DNA of 64,000 nt from Octopus vulgaris (GCA_951406725.2 OX597817.1:83080001-83144000), one strand, 5' to 3'. Numbered from the stretch's first letter, positions 1-14,624 are shown. The notes: a model not told the origin generated them from the letters alone. Numbers and translations are program-made.

Positions 1-305
1 ACATTAAATAACCACGCAACTAATATTATAAAACAATCATTCAGTTAGGGTCAATAACCATTCAAACACTTCATTAACGAACAATAATTTAGATAAAACA
101 ACGTTTAATTTAAAAGCATTCAATTTTACCTCTACTTTTGCGGGGCTATAGGTTTTTAATGGAGACATAATTGCATTTTGCCAGAGAGTAACATAAATAG
201 ACGTTATCACTAAGTTTATACACACTAACAATTACAGTTTGCTGAAAACTTGTACTGCCATTAATAAATTTCACATAAAATTTGTTATTAATATAAGACA
301 AACTA

Positions 306-871
306 TTGGGTTGTCCGGAAAGTTCGTGCCGATTTTTAAAGGAAAGAAAAAGGTTAATAAATTTTTAAAGAAATGAAAAAGGTCAATAAATACTTACCAT
401 TACATTTTTAATCAACCAAATATGAACCATTTTGTTGCACAATGCGTCTCCATCTTTCCTTTAACTTGAAAAGGTGGTTTCATAGCAAAGAATTCATCAA
501 GGTATCTTTTTTACGTCATCCAAGGAATTGAAATTTTGACTATTAAAACTATTCTGCAGAGACCTGAATAAGTGGAAATCCGAAGGAGCAATAGCTACTG
601 AATATGAAGGGTGGGGTAACACATCGCAGCCGAGCTGCAGAAATTTTTGTCTGGTTCCCAAAGCATCAAGTACCGAAAAGTAACTTTCTTATCTTCCATT
701 TTAAAGGGTTACAAAATTAACACAGGTTATAGCTACATAAACCTTCTTCCACGAAAAGATAGCTTAAACTGTGCTCTAAATGGAGGTGTAGTAAAATCCT
801 ATTTTATGGACTCAGCCATCTTCTAAAATAAGTCGAAATGTAAATCAGCACGAACTTTCCGGACAACGCAA
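306..871 (-). mobile_element. Mariner internal-deletion derivative (MITE-like)
   Basis: TIRs TTGGGTTGTCCGGAAAGTTCGTGCCGATTT / AAATCAGCACGAACTTTCCGGACAACGCAA, with TA on both sides. The minus strand reads QKFLQLGCDVLPHPSYSVAIAPSDFHLF, matching the mariner PHPPYSPDLAPSDFHLF motif. Confidence 0.9.
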
Positions 872-947
872 TATTTTATTATTTATTAGCAACTACGTGA
901 TACTTACTATTTAATAGAGTTTTACTTGAAAACTAGATTCTTGAATA

Positions 948-2240
<1,293 letters not shown>

Positions 2241-2300
2241 TATCTCGTAAATTGAGGTTTACAGGGTATTCTATAAAGTGGCAATATACATATATACATA

Positions 2301-2530
2301 TTTCTTTACTACCCTCAAGGGGTTCAACACAGAGGAGACGAACAAGGACAGATAAACGGATTAAGTTGGTTATATCAAACCCAGTGCGTAACTGGTACTT
2401 ATTTAATCGACACCGAAAGGATGAAAGGCAAAGTGGACCTCGGCGGAATTTGAACCCAGAACATAACGGCAGACGAAATACGGCTACGCATTTCGCCCGG
2501 CGTGCTCACGTTTCTGCCAGCTCGCCGCCT
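2301..2530 (-). mobile_element. tRNA-derived SINE family B
   Basis: Reverse complement starts ggcggcgagctggcagaaac, has a GTTCAAATTCC B-box and the central gcctttcatcctttcggtgtcgat..aagtaccag (Meta/MESC-like domain, from memory). Nearly identical to the copy at 38655. Confidence 0.85.
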
Positions 2531-3349
2531 TATACATATACATATAGACATATCTATGTATATATATATATACACACACACAAATACACACAGACACATA
2601 CACACACGTACGCACACACGCACACACTCACACGCATGCACGTGCGCACACACACACACACAAAACATACACACCTACACATAAATAGATAGATAAATAA
2701 GGAAGTGTCTTCTAATGTGGCCCCGCTGAGATCAACGCCTTGTGAATGAGTTTCTGTATGTTAGTGCCCCCACCAACCGTTAATTAGCAACTCAACCATA
2801 GATAAATTTTAAAGATAAGTACTAGGGGCGATTCATTCGGCTAAAACCCTTTAAAGCGGAGCTCCAGCATCACTGGTGACTAGAACAAGGAAAAGATAAT
2901 ATACATACACATACATACATATATACATACATACATACATACATACATAATACATACATACATACGTGCATACATATGTGTGTGTATATATATATATTCT
3001 TATATTCTTTTACTTGTTTCAGTCATTTGATTGCGGTCATGTTGGAGCACAGCCTTTTGATCGAAGAAATCGCTTCCAGATACTTATATAAGCCTGTTTT
3101 TTATTTTGCCGGTTTCTTTTCCCGAACCGCTCATGTTACGGGGATGTAAACACACCAACATCGGTTGTCAAATGATGAAAGGATAAAAACCCGGACACAC
3201 ACGTAAACACACATACATACCTATATATATATATATATATATATACATACATACGACGGGCTTCTTTCAGTTTCCGTCTACCAAATCCACTCACAAGGCT
3301 TTGGTCAGCCTGAGGCTATAGTAGAAGATATTGGCCCGGTACTGAACCT

Positions 3350-4952
3350 GGATCTAGTCTTTCTCATTCGCAAAATTTAATTTTGCTCAGATTGCTTTCA
3401 ATTTTGGTGTATCGATACAACTCTGAATTTTGATTACGATCAACCAATTACTTTATCTCGTAAATTAAAGAATCTGAAGTTATTTGGAATTAAAGTTGAG
3501 AAATTTGGGTAATTTTAGCCAATCAACAGACAGTGTGGTATTTGCAGTTTGTTCCCATGTAACCGCACGTTGTGCTGTGGTTCATGCTGTGCTGTTCTAT
3601 GTTGATTGTTCTATGTTGATTTTTCACTCTTGATTCCACACACCATGATATTCTTTTCACCCACGTATTTTGTTTTAATCTTTCTGTGTGTTAGTATATT
3701 ACATATTTTCTCTGCTTCGGTGTGTTACTATTTTTCTATGCTTTTCCCCATGTTAGTATTTTTACATATTGTTCACTTGATGTATGTTATTCTTATAGTG
3801 TTTTACAAATCCAAGCATGAAAAATTTACTCAACTTTGGAGTTTTGGTGACAGACGCACATGCACACACACTCACACACACAGCACACACACAGACGCTT
3901 TCTCACACACGCACACACACACACACACACACATGAATGCATAAATGTACATATAAACTTATATATGAATATATACATCCACATACACTTATATGTTAAT
4001 GATGTACACAAATACATGGCAGGTGTACATACAACTGTAATACGCAAATATATTAATATATCATCTAAAAAAATAATAAAAACATACAATAATTGAAGAG
4101 ACAAAACAAACAGTAAGATGATACATGTCGATTTTATTAGGTACTAGCAGCATAGCCCGGCATTTCCCAGGTATGTAAGAGCCCCTGGAACAGACATGAT
4201 GCTCGCTGTGAATTTTAAAAAAATTCCTGCCAATTTGTGAAAGATATTGTCGAAAATATGTCATCTTGAATTTGAACGCAATTTCCCAAAATGGCATGAA
4301 TTTATCGATTCTTTCTGATGGTAAGGTATTGCATGGAAAACTAACGTCAGAATTAAGTTTCTTAGGGTAACATTAAGCTTCACCATGAGTTTGGTGAAAA
4401 TCGATTGCAAGTTGCGAAAACTACAACAGAAAATGTGTTGCAAATAAAAAGCTTAGATTCTCGACCCCATTTCGAATTTATCGAATTTTTCAGAACTGGG
4501 GGAACTTTTCAAAACTTTCGCTGCGTTAGTTTTGAATTATGACATTGGGCTATGTGTGTGTCAAGTTTCATCAGAATAGGTTGAAAGCCGTGGTCAGGGT
4601 GAGGGTACAACAGACACACAGACAGACAAACTGCTGTTTATATAAAGAGAGATTTCTGTTTTATTTAGAAACCTACAATGAACAGCTCATGTCACAGACA
4701 CTAAACAATACATTTCACAGAGCCAACCTTAAAGTTGACACCGCTCCGCTAAACGCAGAAAATTTCTGTCTCACTATTGGCTAGAGAGTTTTACCGACTT
4801 TTAAACCTCTGTAACTTTTTCCTCCAATTTTTTTCTCCACAACATCATACCTTCGTAGCAACGAGACTGGAAGACTACATTATTATAGCCGATTTTCAGA
4901 TTTTTACTTCCTCTTGAAAAATGAATATTTTGCGAATGAAAATACTAGGTCT
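3350..4952. mobile_element. Non-autonomous TIR DNA transposon with 8-bp TSD (Merlin/hAT/MULE-like, unassigned)
   Basis: TIRs GGATCTAGTCTTTCTCATTCGCAAAAT / ATTTTGCGAATGAAAATACTAGGTCT. TSD ctgaacct (3342-3349) / ctgaaccc (4953-4960). Confidence 0.7.
4144..4652 (-). mobile_element. Non-autonomous Helitron
   Basis: On the minus strand: 5' TC start, subterminal (TCTG)n, 3' hairpin cctgggaaatgccggg and CTAG end. Inserted between A and T with no TSD. Confidence 0.8.
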
Positions 4953-5129
4953 CTGAACCCGGAACCATGTGGTTGGGAAGCAAGTTTCTCACCACACAAA
5001 CATGCCTGCGCCTATATATATGTGCGTGTGTGTGTATGTGTGTGCGTGTGTGTGTGTCTGTGTGTGCGCGCGTGTGTGTGTGTGCGTGTGTGTAAATATA
5101 TAATATATATATGCTTATATATATATATA

Positions 5130-5819
<690 letters not shown>

Positions 5820-5823
<4 letters not shown>

Positions 5824-7730
5824 GGGGCTAAGCCATTTCAATTTTAGAGGGAATTTAATAAAAATGGTTTACGGAATTATATAAAGAAAATCTTACTTGT
5901 TCTGATGAAACTCATTTTATCAAATATCAGTAAATATTTAACAAAAACAGTTTATTTTCTGTCTGGGGGTCAAGAACATGTCTGGAAATTATCGTTGAAG
6001 TTTAACTATAGTTTAGTATAGTGTTCAAAGTGTTGGAGAGTGAGATAAAGGGTGTCTATTATCTAAAAGAAATCTTTGTGTTTTTCAGCCAAAAAAGAGT
6101 GACTAAAAAAGCATTTATTGAATTGGTTTTATGTCCATTGTTGTGTGTGTGAGTGTGTGTAAGTATATTGTGTTGAATGTACTTTCCGTATGTTTGGAAA
6201 GTAACCAGCTGTGTATTGCTAGGTGTGTATGTTGTGATGAATGTCTTGTTGAAGAAAGAATTGCGATTTTCGTTTGGATAGAATGTATTCTTTTGAATGT
6301 CTCTATGTGTGTGGTCACCAGCTGTGTGTATGTGTGTGTTTGTGTTAGTGCGTGAGTGTATGTGTCGGTGTGTTTGTGCATGTGTGTGAGTGTCTTTTTG
6401 GGGACGTTTTCTTATGTGTGTATGTGCGTGTGCTTTTGTGTTGTTTTCTTTTCTATGTGTGTGTGTGAGTGTATGTGTGTATATGTGTGTGTATGTGTGT
6501 GTATGTGTGTGTGTGTGTGTGTGTGAGTGTGTGTGTGTGTTATGCTGGCATTTATAATTATTAGGAAAAAGATTTAGGAAATAATGGGAAGTATTTTTCA
6601 AAATGATAATAACATGTATAAAATTGTTTTTAAGTGTCTGTTCTTATTTATTGTTTGTGGTTGGATCTATATTTAATTGTGGTTTATACTTGTTAATAAA
6701 TTGCCTCTCTTGCTATAATCTTTGTTATTGCTTGAAGGAATCTCAGCACTTATAGACGGAAAATATTTTAAATTTGGTAAAACCATTCCTGCACAGGTTG
6801 CAATGTGACTGCTTAAAGGAATTTTCTTTGTGCTTTTGTCTCGGATCTGTTGGCGATGGGTCGTCAATCTGTTGCATAACGATTCGTCTATCTGACCTAT
6901 GTAATTATGTTGGAACCTATTGCATGTGATTACGTATATCAGGTTTTCTGTGTTGCAGGTGAGATTGGACTTTCATTTGAAGGTTTGGCCATCTTTGGAT
7001 TTACATTCTGGCCCCTGAATTAGATAACGGCAAGTGCCGCAGTTTGTTCTCGCGCACATTGTGACCGTTGGGTTGGGGCTTTCTTTGTGCGTTTTTGCTC
7101 CAGTAAGAATGGGTTTAGTATTTCGGGCTGCTTTTGCTATTGATGATTTGTTGTCTTTCTGAGGATTTTTTTCATTTTTTCATCCGCACTTAAGATGGGG
7201 AGGGTTTTGTCGATGTGATCATAAATTTCGGGGTTCCTGGGATCGAAGGTTGACATAAATGGTAAAACATTTTTCCTTTTTTGTTTTTGTTTTCCTAAGT
7301 TCAATGACATCCATTTGTTTCGCCTTGTTTATTCCGTTGACGATTATTCCAGGAGGGAAGGCTCTTTGGATGAGTGTGTCCTTCAGCTCCTCTAGTCTTT
7401 GTTCACGTTTGGATGATTCTCATACTAAGGTACAAATTCGTTTAGCCAGGTTGAAGGAAATGTTGAATTTAATGTGTTTCCGGTGACATGATGTGAAAAG
7501 AAGGAACTGTTTGGAGTCGGTGGCTTTGTTGAATATGTCCGTTTATATTTTCCCATCTTGGTTTTTGATTAGGATATCCAGGAAGGCAAGTTCTTTGGAG
7601 TTAAATTCCATTGTGAATTGGATGTTATTGCTGAGGTTGTTTAACATGTTTTTGAATTCAGTTAACTTGTCAATGCTTCCTGCCATAAGCTAAAGCAATC
7701 AAGCAGGTACCTTTTCCAATTGTTTCTGTA
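5820..7730 (-). mobile_element. 5'-truncated, degenerate Penelope-like element (Neptune-like)
   Basis: Minus strand: WKRYLLDCF (decayed YxDD), IQFTMEFNSKELAFLDILI, Zn knuckle CARTNCGTCRYL, and GIY-YIG NLTCNTENLIYVITC...YIGQ...RLTTHRQQI. Stops and frameshifts present. Confidence 0.85.
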
Positions 7731-7757
7731 TATATGTGTGTGTGTATGTGTATGCAT

Positions 7758-7792
<35 letters not shown>

Positions 7793-8704
7793 CATATATA
7801 CATATATGTGTGTGTGTATATATACACTTACATACGTACATACATGCAGATGCACGCGCGCGCACACACACACACACATATATCAGCTCTGAAGTATCTT
7901 CAATAATTGAGTCAATAATATAAAACTATTAGTCTTTCATTTCTTTGCATAAAAATTTGTTATCAACGTTGCAAATGCCAATGGATGACATCAGAGCTAA
8001 AATAATTGACATAAAAGATAATTACAACATACAGGCACGACATAGGAAGCATGAGAAATTATAGTATAATTGTCTGTTAAATATTGACACATATACGAGT
8101 ATTGTCAAAACATTCTGATATATTCTTTTTGAAATATGAAGTGCTACTTGATATATGTAAGTATGTACTTCTTAAATGAAATACATACTTCAATAACAAG
8201 TTTGTATTTCAAACATTACATCTGAAAGAATTCATTCATCCGACGAAGTTAAAATTATAGATCTAATAAAAAGTTACTTTCATCGTATGTACGACAATTT
8301 CACATTCTACCGTTTTATACAAAGGGTATTTCGGAGATATTTATTCTCGAAACCATTGTATGTTCCCAAACAAAATAAAAACTTATACCTTTATTTAATG
8401 ATATTTCTGTTATCCCAATGAACTCACGTGATTGAAGCGTGTTTGAAGTATATTTTACTTGCCAAAATATGTTATGTAACCATATTCATTTACTTATAAA
8501 ATTCTGTTCGACTTCTATTTGCTTATGCTGCGTGAATGTCTTTTTTGTTTAGATATGTAGATACGTGCATCAGAATTTGTGTTTGCATATCTTTAAATAT
8601 GCATTTCTGTGTTCATATTTTATCTACCATCATAAGTATTACTGGTAATATTCTGCTTTCTCACAACTTATTTTCTTTCGTCTTACATACACACATGATA
8701 AATC

Positions 8705-8740
<36 letters not shown>

Positions 8741-8819
8741 TACAAACACAAACATACACATACATACATATCAAAAGGCTCGAAGGTTCTTCCTAAGCCA
8801 TAGATTTATTAGACCCGTT

Positions 8820-8957
8820 TTCTCCATTTTGCCTTCTAAGTGGACTGGAGCAACGTGAAAAGAAGTATTTTGCTCACGGACAACGCATCAGCCGGTCCCG
8901 GAATCGAAACCACAATCCTACGATCATAAGTGCAACATACTACCCACTACGCCACAC
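8820..8957 (-). mobile_element. tRNA-derived SINE family C (CORE-like) fragment
   Basis: Reverse complement: gtggcgtagtggg...ggtttcgattccggg...gtccgtgagcaaaatacttc...gttgctccagtccac. Confidence 0.6.
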
Positions 8958-8988
8958 ATTTACAGAAAATTGTATAAGTGTGTATATA

Positions 8989-9809
8989 CAGGTTGCGATG
9001 TGTAAATTGTCGCCATTTCATATCCTTTATTTCGCGCATTGTTTGTTTTTGATTTTGTCGACCACACAATATAGTGTGGTCAGTAGGGCACCGTCTGTGA
9101 GAAAAACAGCATCTTAACGCAATTCCTTCTACCAGAAATTTGGAAACGGCATGCTATACTGCTTGGTATTCGCGCTGGAAGCTCCATCACGAACATTTCC
9201 GACTGTTTGGGTGTCAATCTGAGACCATGTACCGAAAGTGAGGAAAATCAAACATCCAGTCAAGATCATGGTGTTTGGAGTGATCACTAGTGATGGCGAC
9301 GTTAATCCTCCATTCATCTTCCCACACGGCCTCAGACTCAACACAAAGGCCTACATCAACTGCCTTGTGAAGAGGTTTTGGGACGCTTTGTCTAATAACA
9401 AGACTACACCATGTCACACAAGTAGGAGAACCCAGTAACGGCTGTCAGACAATTTCTGCAGCCATATCACCCCTAACATCTAGCGACCTAACTCCCCAGA
9501 CTGCAACCTCCTTGATTATTATTTGTGGGGCACAGTTGAGCGAAAGACTAACAAAACTCCTTGTAACACCAAAGATGAACTGAAAGCAGCACTTACCAAT
9601 TTAAACAAGGATACCGTCCAGAAGAGTTGCAGGGGGTACCGAAGTCCTCTGGAGGCCGTGGTTGAAGTCAACGGTAAATTCATTGAATAAAGTTACTCTT
9701 TAGTATTTCAAGATGTTTTCTTATATACTTTTAGTAAATGTTAAATTGAGATGTCAGTGTTATTTTCGTTTTTGTGTAATTTAGACGACAACTTATTCAC
9801 CGCACCCTG
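8989..9809 (+). mobile_element. Tc1/mariner superfamily (maT/DD37D-like) deletion derivative
   Basis: TIRs CAGGTTGCGATGTGTAAATTGTCGCC / GACGACAACTTATTCACCGCACCCTG. Peptide relics KHPVKIMVFGVITSDG...PPFIFPHGLRLNTKAYI and PNSPDCNLLDYYLWG. Confidence 0.8.
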
Positions 9810-9876
9810 CATATATATAAATATATGTGTGTGTGTGAGTATAATACATATGTGTGCATATATATATATATATATA

Positions 9877-12709
9877 CAAAAAGCAATAAATATAATTGGC
9901 TTCTCATTCATAGGATTAACGATTTCATTAGAAGAATCAGGTGGAAAACGTACCATTTTGATGTCAAACAGAAGAAGAAACCACAGGAAAAGAATACCGA
10001 AAAGAATTTTAGAAGAATTTTTAAAAGTAGAAAAAGCCCACCTCAGAACCCATTCCTGGAGAATTTTGAGAAAGACTTGCTGAACCTTATAGATGATATT
10101 AGCTTCAAGGAACACCCGTTAAGATATAACCCTCACCTTAGACACCTTAGGAACTTTATTCAGTCAACCCGGTGCAAACATGGAATCCTAGTACCGGCAG
10201 ATAAAACGGGTAATATGTATAGAGTTGATTACGATATTTATAGCAAATTAATTAGGAAAGAACTAAACTCCAAATATAAAATTAAGACTAAGAACAATTT
10301 GAAAAAAGTAAACATGGAAATGAAAGAGATCATGGAGAAACTAAATTTAACGGATAGAACGGAGCCACTTAAACCGTGTGAGCCCAGGATCAACCTTAAA
10401 GACCACAAAAGAACTTCTTGGAAAACCCTTCGGTAAGGCTGATCTGTCCAACTAAGTCGGACATTGGCCGACTTAGTAAATCTATCCTGGATACTGTTTT
10501 ACCCCAAATAACCCCTCTTCTCCCCTTAAACCTATGGCTAAGTACCGACGAAGTTCTAAAATGGTTTAACTCTCTAACTAATACTAGTAGTCTGTCCTTT
10601 ATTCAGTTCGATATTAATAGTTATTACTCTAGCATTTCCCCTATCTTACTCAACAAATCACTAATATTTGCCATGAATCGCTCCCTCATATCTAGAGAAG
10701 AAATCAATATTGTGCTACTAGCTAGGAAGACATTTATAGAATTTGAAGATAAATTATGGACTAGAGCAGATACACCAAATTTTTTTGATATACCAATGGG
10801 TTCCAGTGATTCGGCTGAGGTAACCAACCTAGTAGGCGCATATCTATTAAAATGCATAAGCAAGGATATCCCAGAAGTACAGGGGGGTCTATATAGGGAT
10901 GATGCTCTGTTTGTTATCCCTAGTAATAATAAATCTGTTATAGAAAGGATTAGAAAGAAAATTAATAAGTTCTTTAGAGATTTCAACCTCAGTATAACGT
11001 ATGAACCGGGCACTAAAATAGTTAATTTCCTAGATATTACGCTAGACCTTAACTCCAAGCTACATTACCCATTTAGAAAGGAAGGCGAAATCACGAATTA
11101 TGTAAATAAATTATCAAATCATCCCCCAAATATAATAGAATCTTTAGTAAGAAATATTTCATTAAGAATTTCAAAATTATCATCCAATAAGGATATATTT
11201 AACTCCCACTCTGAGCATTATAATGCGGCGTTAACTAAGGCTGGATACAACCAAAAGATTACATTCGTTGATAAGGGGAACTCACGTATTCCTAATAATG
11301 AAGTTATAAGTAATCACGTAAGCAGAAATAAAGACCAAGCCCGAAATAAAAGTAGAATTAAACTAACGGTAAACGCTAATCTAGCGTACAGGCCCAACAA
11401 TTCAAATAGAAGCATTGACCAGAACATAGGTAACTCGGATAATATTGAAGTAGATAAACCTAAGATGCACACAAATAGAAATAAAAATAATGGTAATAAA
11501 TACAATAACTCCGGTGAGATGAATAGTAGTAATTCTACGAACCCTAAATTTAATAAAAAAGATATATTATGGCTGAATATTCCTTTCAACTGTGCGATAC
11601 AATCGGATATACAGAACAAATTCAAAGTGATCCTGGAAAAAAATTTCCCTATCTCTCATAGATATCATAGAATTATTTCTAGGAAAACAGTTAGGATTTC
11701 TTATTCAACCCTCCCAAATATGTCCACTTTAATAGCTAAGATTAATAATAACAACATTAAACTAGCCAGGAAAGATAGAAATAAAAATAGTAATATCAGC
11801 ATGAATACCAATAGCAATTATAATAATACTACCAACAATACTACTAATAGCAATTATAATAATACTACCAACAATAAAAACAACAATAGTAACTATCAAA
11901 ACATAGGTGAAAGTAGTAACCACAGAATGACTAATAACATTAGCATTAATAGTAATAATAACAATGCCGATATTAATAGAAGTAATAATGTTAATAATAG
12001 AAATAATAGAAATAGGGATAATGGAGAAAATAGGGAGAATGAAAATATTAGTGATATCTATAACAACAATATGCAGTCGGATAAAAAGACTAACAATAAT
12101 ATTAACATTACCAATAATACAAGAAATCATGGTAGGACTTTAGACCTAAATGATGAAACAGAAGGATCAATAAATAATAGCAATACTTTAGATATCAGCA
12201 CCAACTATAGAAATGATAATCAAAATAATAGGAACCTAAAACATCTACCCAAGAATAATCCAAAGCCTGAAGTTGTTCCTCCTGTGTGTAAGTGTAGAAT
12301 AAAATCAAAATGCCCGGCACCTGGTCTATGTGGGGAAAATAATGTAATCTATAAATGTACCATATCCACGGAGAATAACAAATATTTTTACATTGGATGT
12401 ACAATTAATTTTTTAGCCAGAATTAGAAATCACATCTCGACTTTTAAATTACGTCATAAAGCTGGTACCACCACACTTTCAAACAAAATCTGGGAACTCA
12501 AAAATAATAATAAAAATTATAACCTTAATTGGGAAATAGTTAGGAGAGCATTTCCGTATAAAAATAGTAGGGTTGGTTGTCAACTATGCTCCATGGAGAC
12601 GTATGAAATTATAAAGCATAGAAAACATAGAAACTTATTGAATAACCATATCGAACTAGGTCAAGTTTGTGTCCACGCTAAATTGAAGACTTTAAAATAT
12701 TTTAAATGA
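9877..12709 (+). pseudogene. PLE polyprotein: reverse transcriptase + Asn-rich linker + GIY-YIG endonuclease (one frameshift near 10410, start codon missing)
   Basis: N-terminal FIRRIRWK, VPADKTGNMY, LKDHK|NPSVRLICPTKSDIGRLSK. RT motifs FIQFDINSYYSSI, FDIPMGSSDSAEV, GLYRDD, VNFLDITLDL, SNHPP. Endonuclease CKCRIKSKCP..C..NVIYKC...YIGCT..FLARIRNH...CQLCSME...LLN...CVH. Confidence 0.9.
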
Positions 12710-14169
12710 TTAGAATATTCGTAACTAGATAGATAGATATAACTTGACTTCTATTAGTATAGATTGCTTTAAGTAGATAACTAAGAGTTCTCACACTACA
12801 GTTATCTTTTTCCTTATATCTGCATCAGTTTTTTGAGAACAGGGAAATGAATAGTACTTGTTGGCTGCTTAATTGAGGCTTTATTTAAATTTAATTTTAA
12901 ACTCACAATTTTTAAATTCTTAATTTTAAATCTTAATTGTAATTTTTAATTTTAATTCCTAACTTAATTTAATTTAAATAGCATAACTCTAATAAATTAA
13001 AATAAGTGACTATAGCCCCATAATTCTATTTCAAAATTAAATAAATAAGGCTATTCCCTCGGTGATAATATGATTATCTTCATTATAATAGACAATCCCC
13101 TAACACCTTGTAAATGATCTTCTAAGATTTGACCTGTAGTCCGTCAATGTCTGAATAATAACGGCAACTCCTTAAGACAATAAAAGGAATAAATTAAATA
13201 AGTAAATTTTAATGACTTTTTGATAAGTTTATACCTAGATTTTCCTAATGTGTTTTCTGGTGATTTTAGCATCTGACCCCTAAACCCCTGACTGTGTTAT
13301 CTCTTTAGATTCTCTTTAAATTCATAGCTGATCTCAACAGCAATAAATTAGCTGTTTTACTGGTCAAAGAATAATATTCTCCTCTAGTTCCTAGATGCCT
13401 GTAAATTAAAACCAGACTTGCCGTCTACTAATTCTTCTGTATAACTAGAACCCTTTTTTTTTTTCTTTTTCTTTTTTCCCTTCTTTCCCTATATCTTTCT
13501 CTTTTCTCTTTTTTCTTTTCCTTCAGCTTATTCTCTTTTTCCTTTTCTCTTCTCTTTTAGTCCCCCCCCCTTTTTGCTCCCCCTCCTTTATTTTCTCTCT
13601 TTTCTTCTATTCCCTTCCCTTTTCTATTCTTTGCCGCTATAGAAAGCCCTTCAGCCTTTAGAAGTTAAATAGCTGCAGCCTCTTGTAAATAGCAGTAATG
13701 TGATTAATGTGGCAAATACCTAATCATATAACAAGAATTGATACCTACCTCATTGTGTTCAACCATTGATAAACTTATCGCCTGTGAATTTGAAATTCCT
13801 CTTCATTTCTCTGGAAATTTACATCTACAACATTGGAAATTGTGCATCTATACAAAGGATTAATTCACCCTCTCTATAATGCTAATAAGCAGAAATTGAA
13901 ACCCACCTCGTTGTAATTAACAATGGATAAATTTGTCTTCTGTGAGTATGTAATCCCTCATCATATCTCTGGAAATTCATATGTGCACTATGGATTAGGT
14001 CACCTTCTCTGTGATGCTATTAAAACTTTTTTAAAATTCTATGATAAGACTGTACATCATCTTTAATGAACTTTAATGAACTTTGGAAATCTGTTTATGT
14101 TACTTAATTATCTACATTACTTCATGAGTATAGCCTCAACCACTAGGATGTCTAGAGAACTCACATGTA

Positions 14170-14260
14170 TTTTAGCTGATGAGTACGGGACACGTTTATA
14201 TGCTGTAATTTTTGCAACTTTTAATAAAGCCTGTCCTTGTATGAAACGATTGTACTAAAA
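14170..14260 (+). ncRNA. Type I hammerhead ribozyme (PLE 3' end)
   Basis: Stem I ttttag/ctaaaa, core CTGATGA (14176), stem II gtacgggaca/tgtccttgtat, GAAAC-gatt-GTA. Predicted cleavage after 14254. Confidence 0.85.
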
Positions 14261-14290
14261 ACCTATCCATTCTTGTTGCTTCTTTCTCGC

Positions 14291-14354
<64 letters not shown>

Positions 14355-14624
14355 GTACATTCATTATTTCCATATTTATTGTAGTTACGTCATTTATGTT
14401 ATCTGACGCATATGAGTCGATTTGGAAATATTGTCTTTTTTCGATTTTTCGATATAATTATGGACATCTTAAACCATTATCTTACAATCTTAGGCAATTT
14501 ATCATATGACCAAGTCGGCAGTGAGCAATTCGCCACTCCTATCAGGCTAGCCTGGTGACCAGGGTTCCTAGAATCTCAGGTAGACGAAAGGAGGTCCTGT
14601 TGTCATCACGGATGAAGCCAAGCA

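Larger units (their letters stand above)
3003..5012 (-). mobile_element. SINE family A copy split by a DNA transposon (3' part 3003-3349, 5' part 4961-5012)
   Basis: The two halves rejoin into the family A consensus at ctgaacc(t/c). Confidence 0.75.
9877..14290 (+). mobile_element. Near full-length Penelope-like retroelement, Naiad-type, inserted in (TA)n
   Basis: RT plus C-terminal GIY-YIG ORF, ~1.6-kb 3' region containing a hammerhead ribozyme, and (TA)n tracts on both flanks. Confidence 0.9.

Noticed and set aside
10624-12404. Antisense ORFs over the PLE, and similarly 36809-37547 over the RTE
   Set aside because: Shadows of the sense ORFs with no independent motifs.
10418-12730. Selenocysteine recoding, reported for some Naiad PLEs
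   Set aside because: No in-frame UGA within the ORF and the conserved Cys codons are TGT/TGC. The terminal TGA follows the last conserved motif and is soon followed by TAA.
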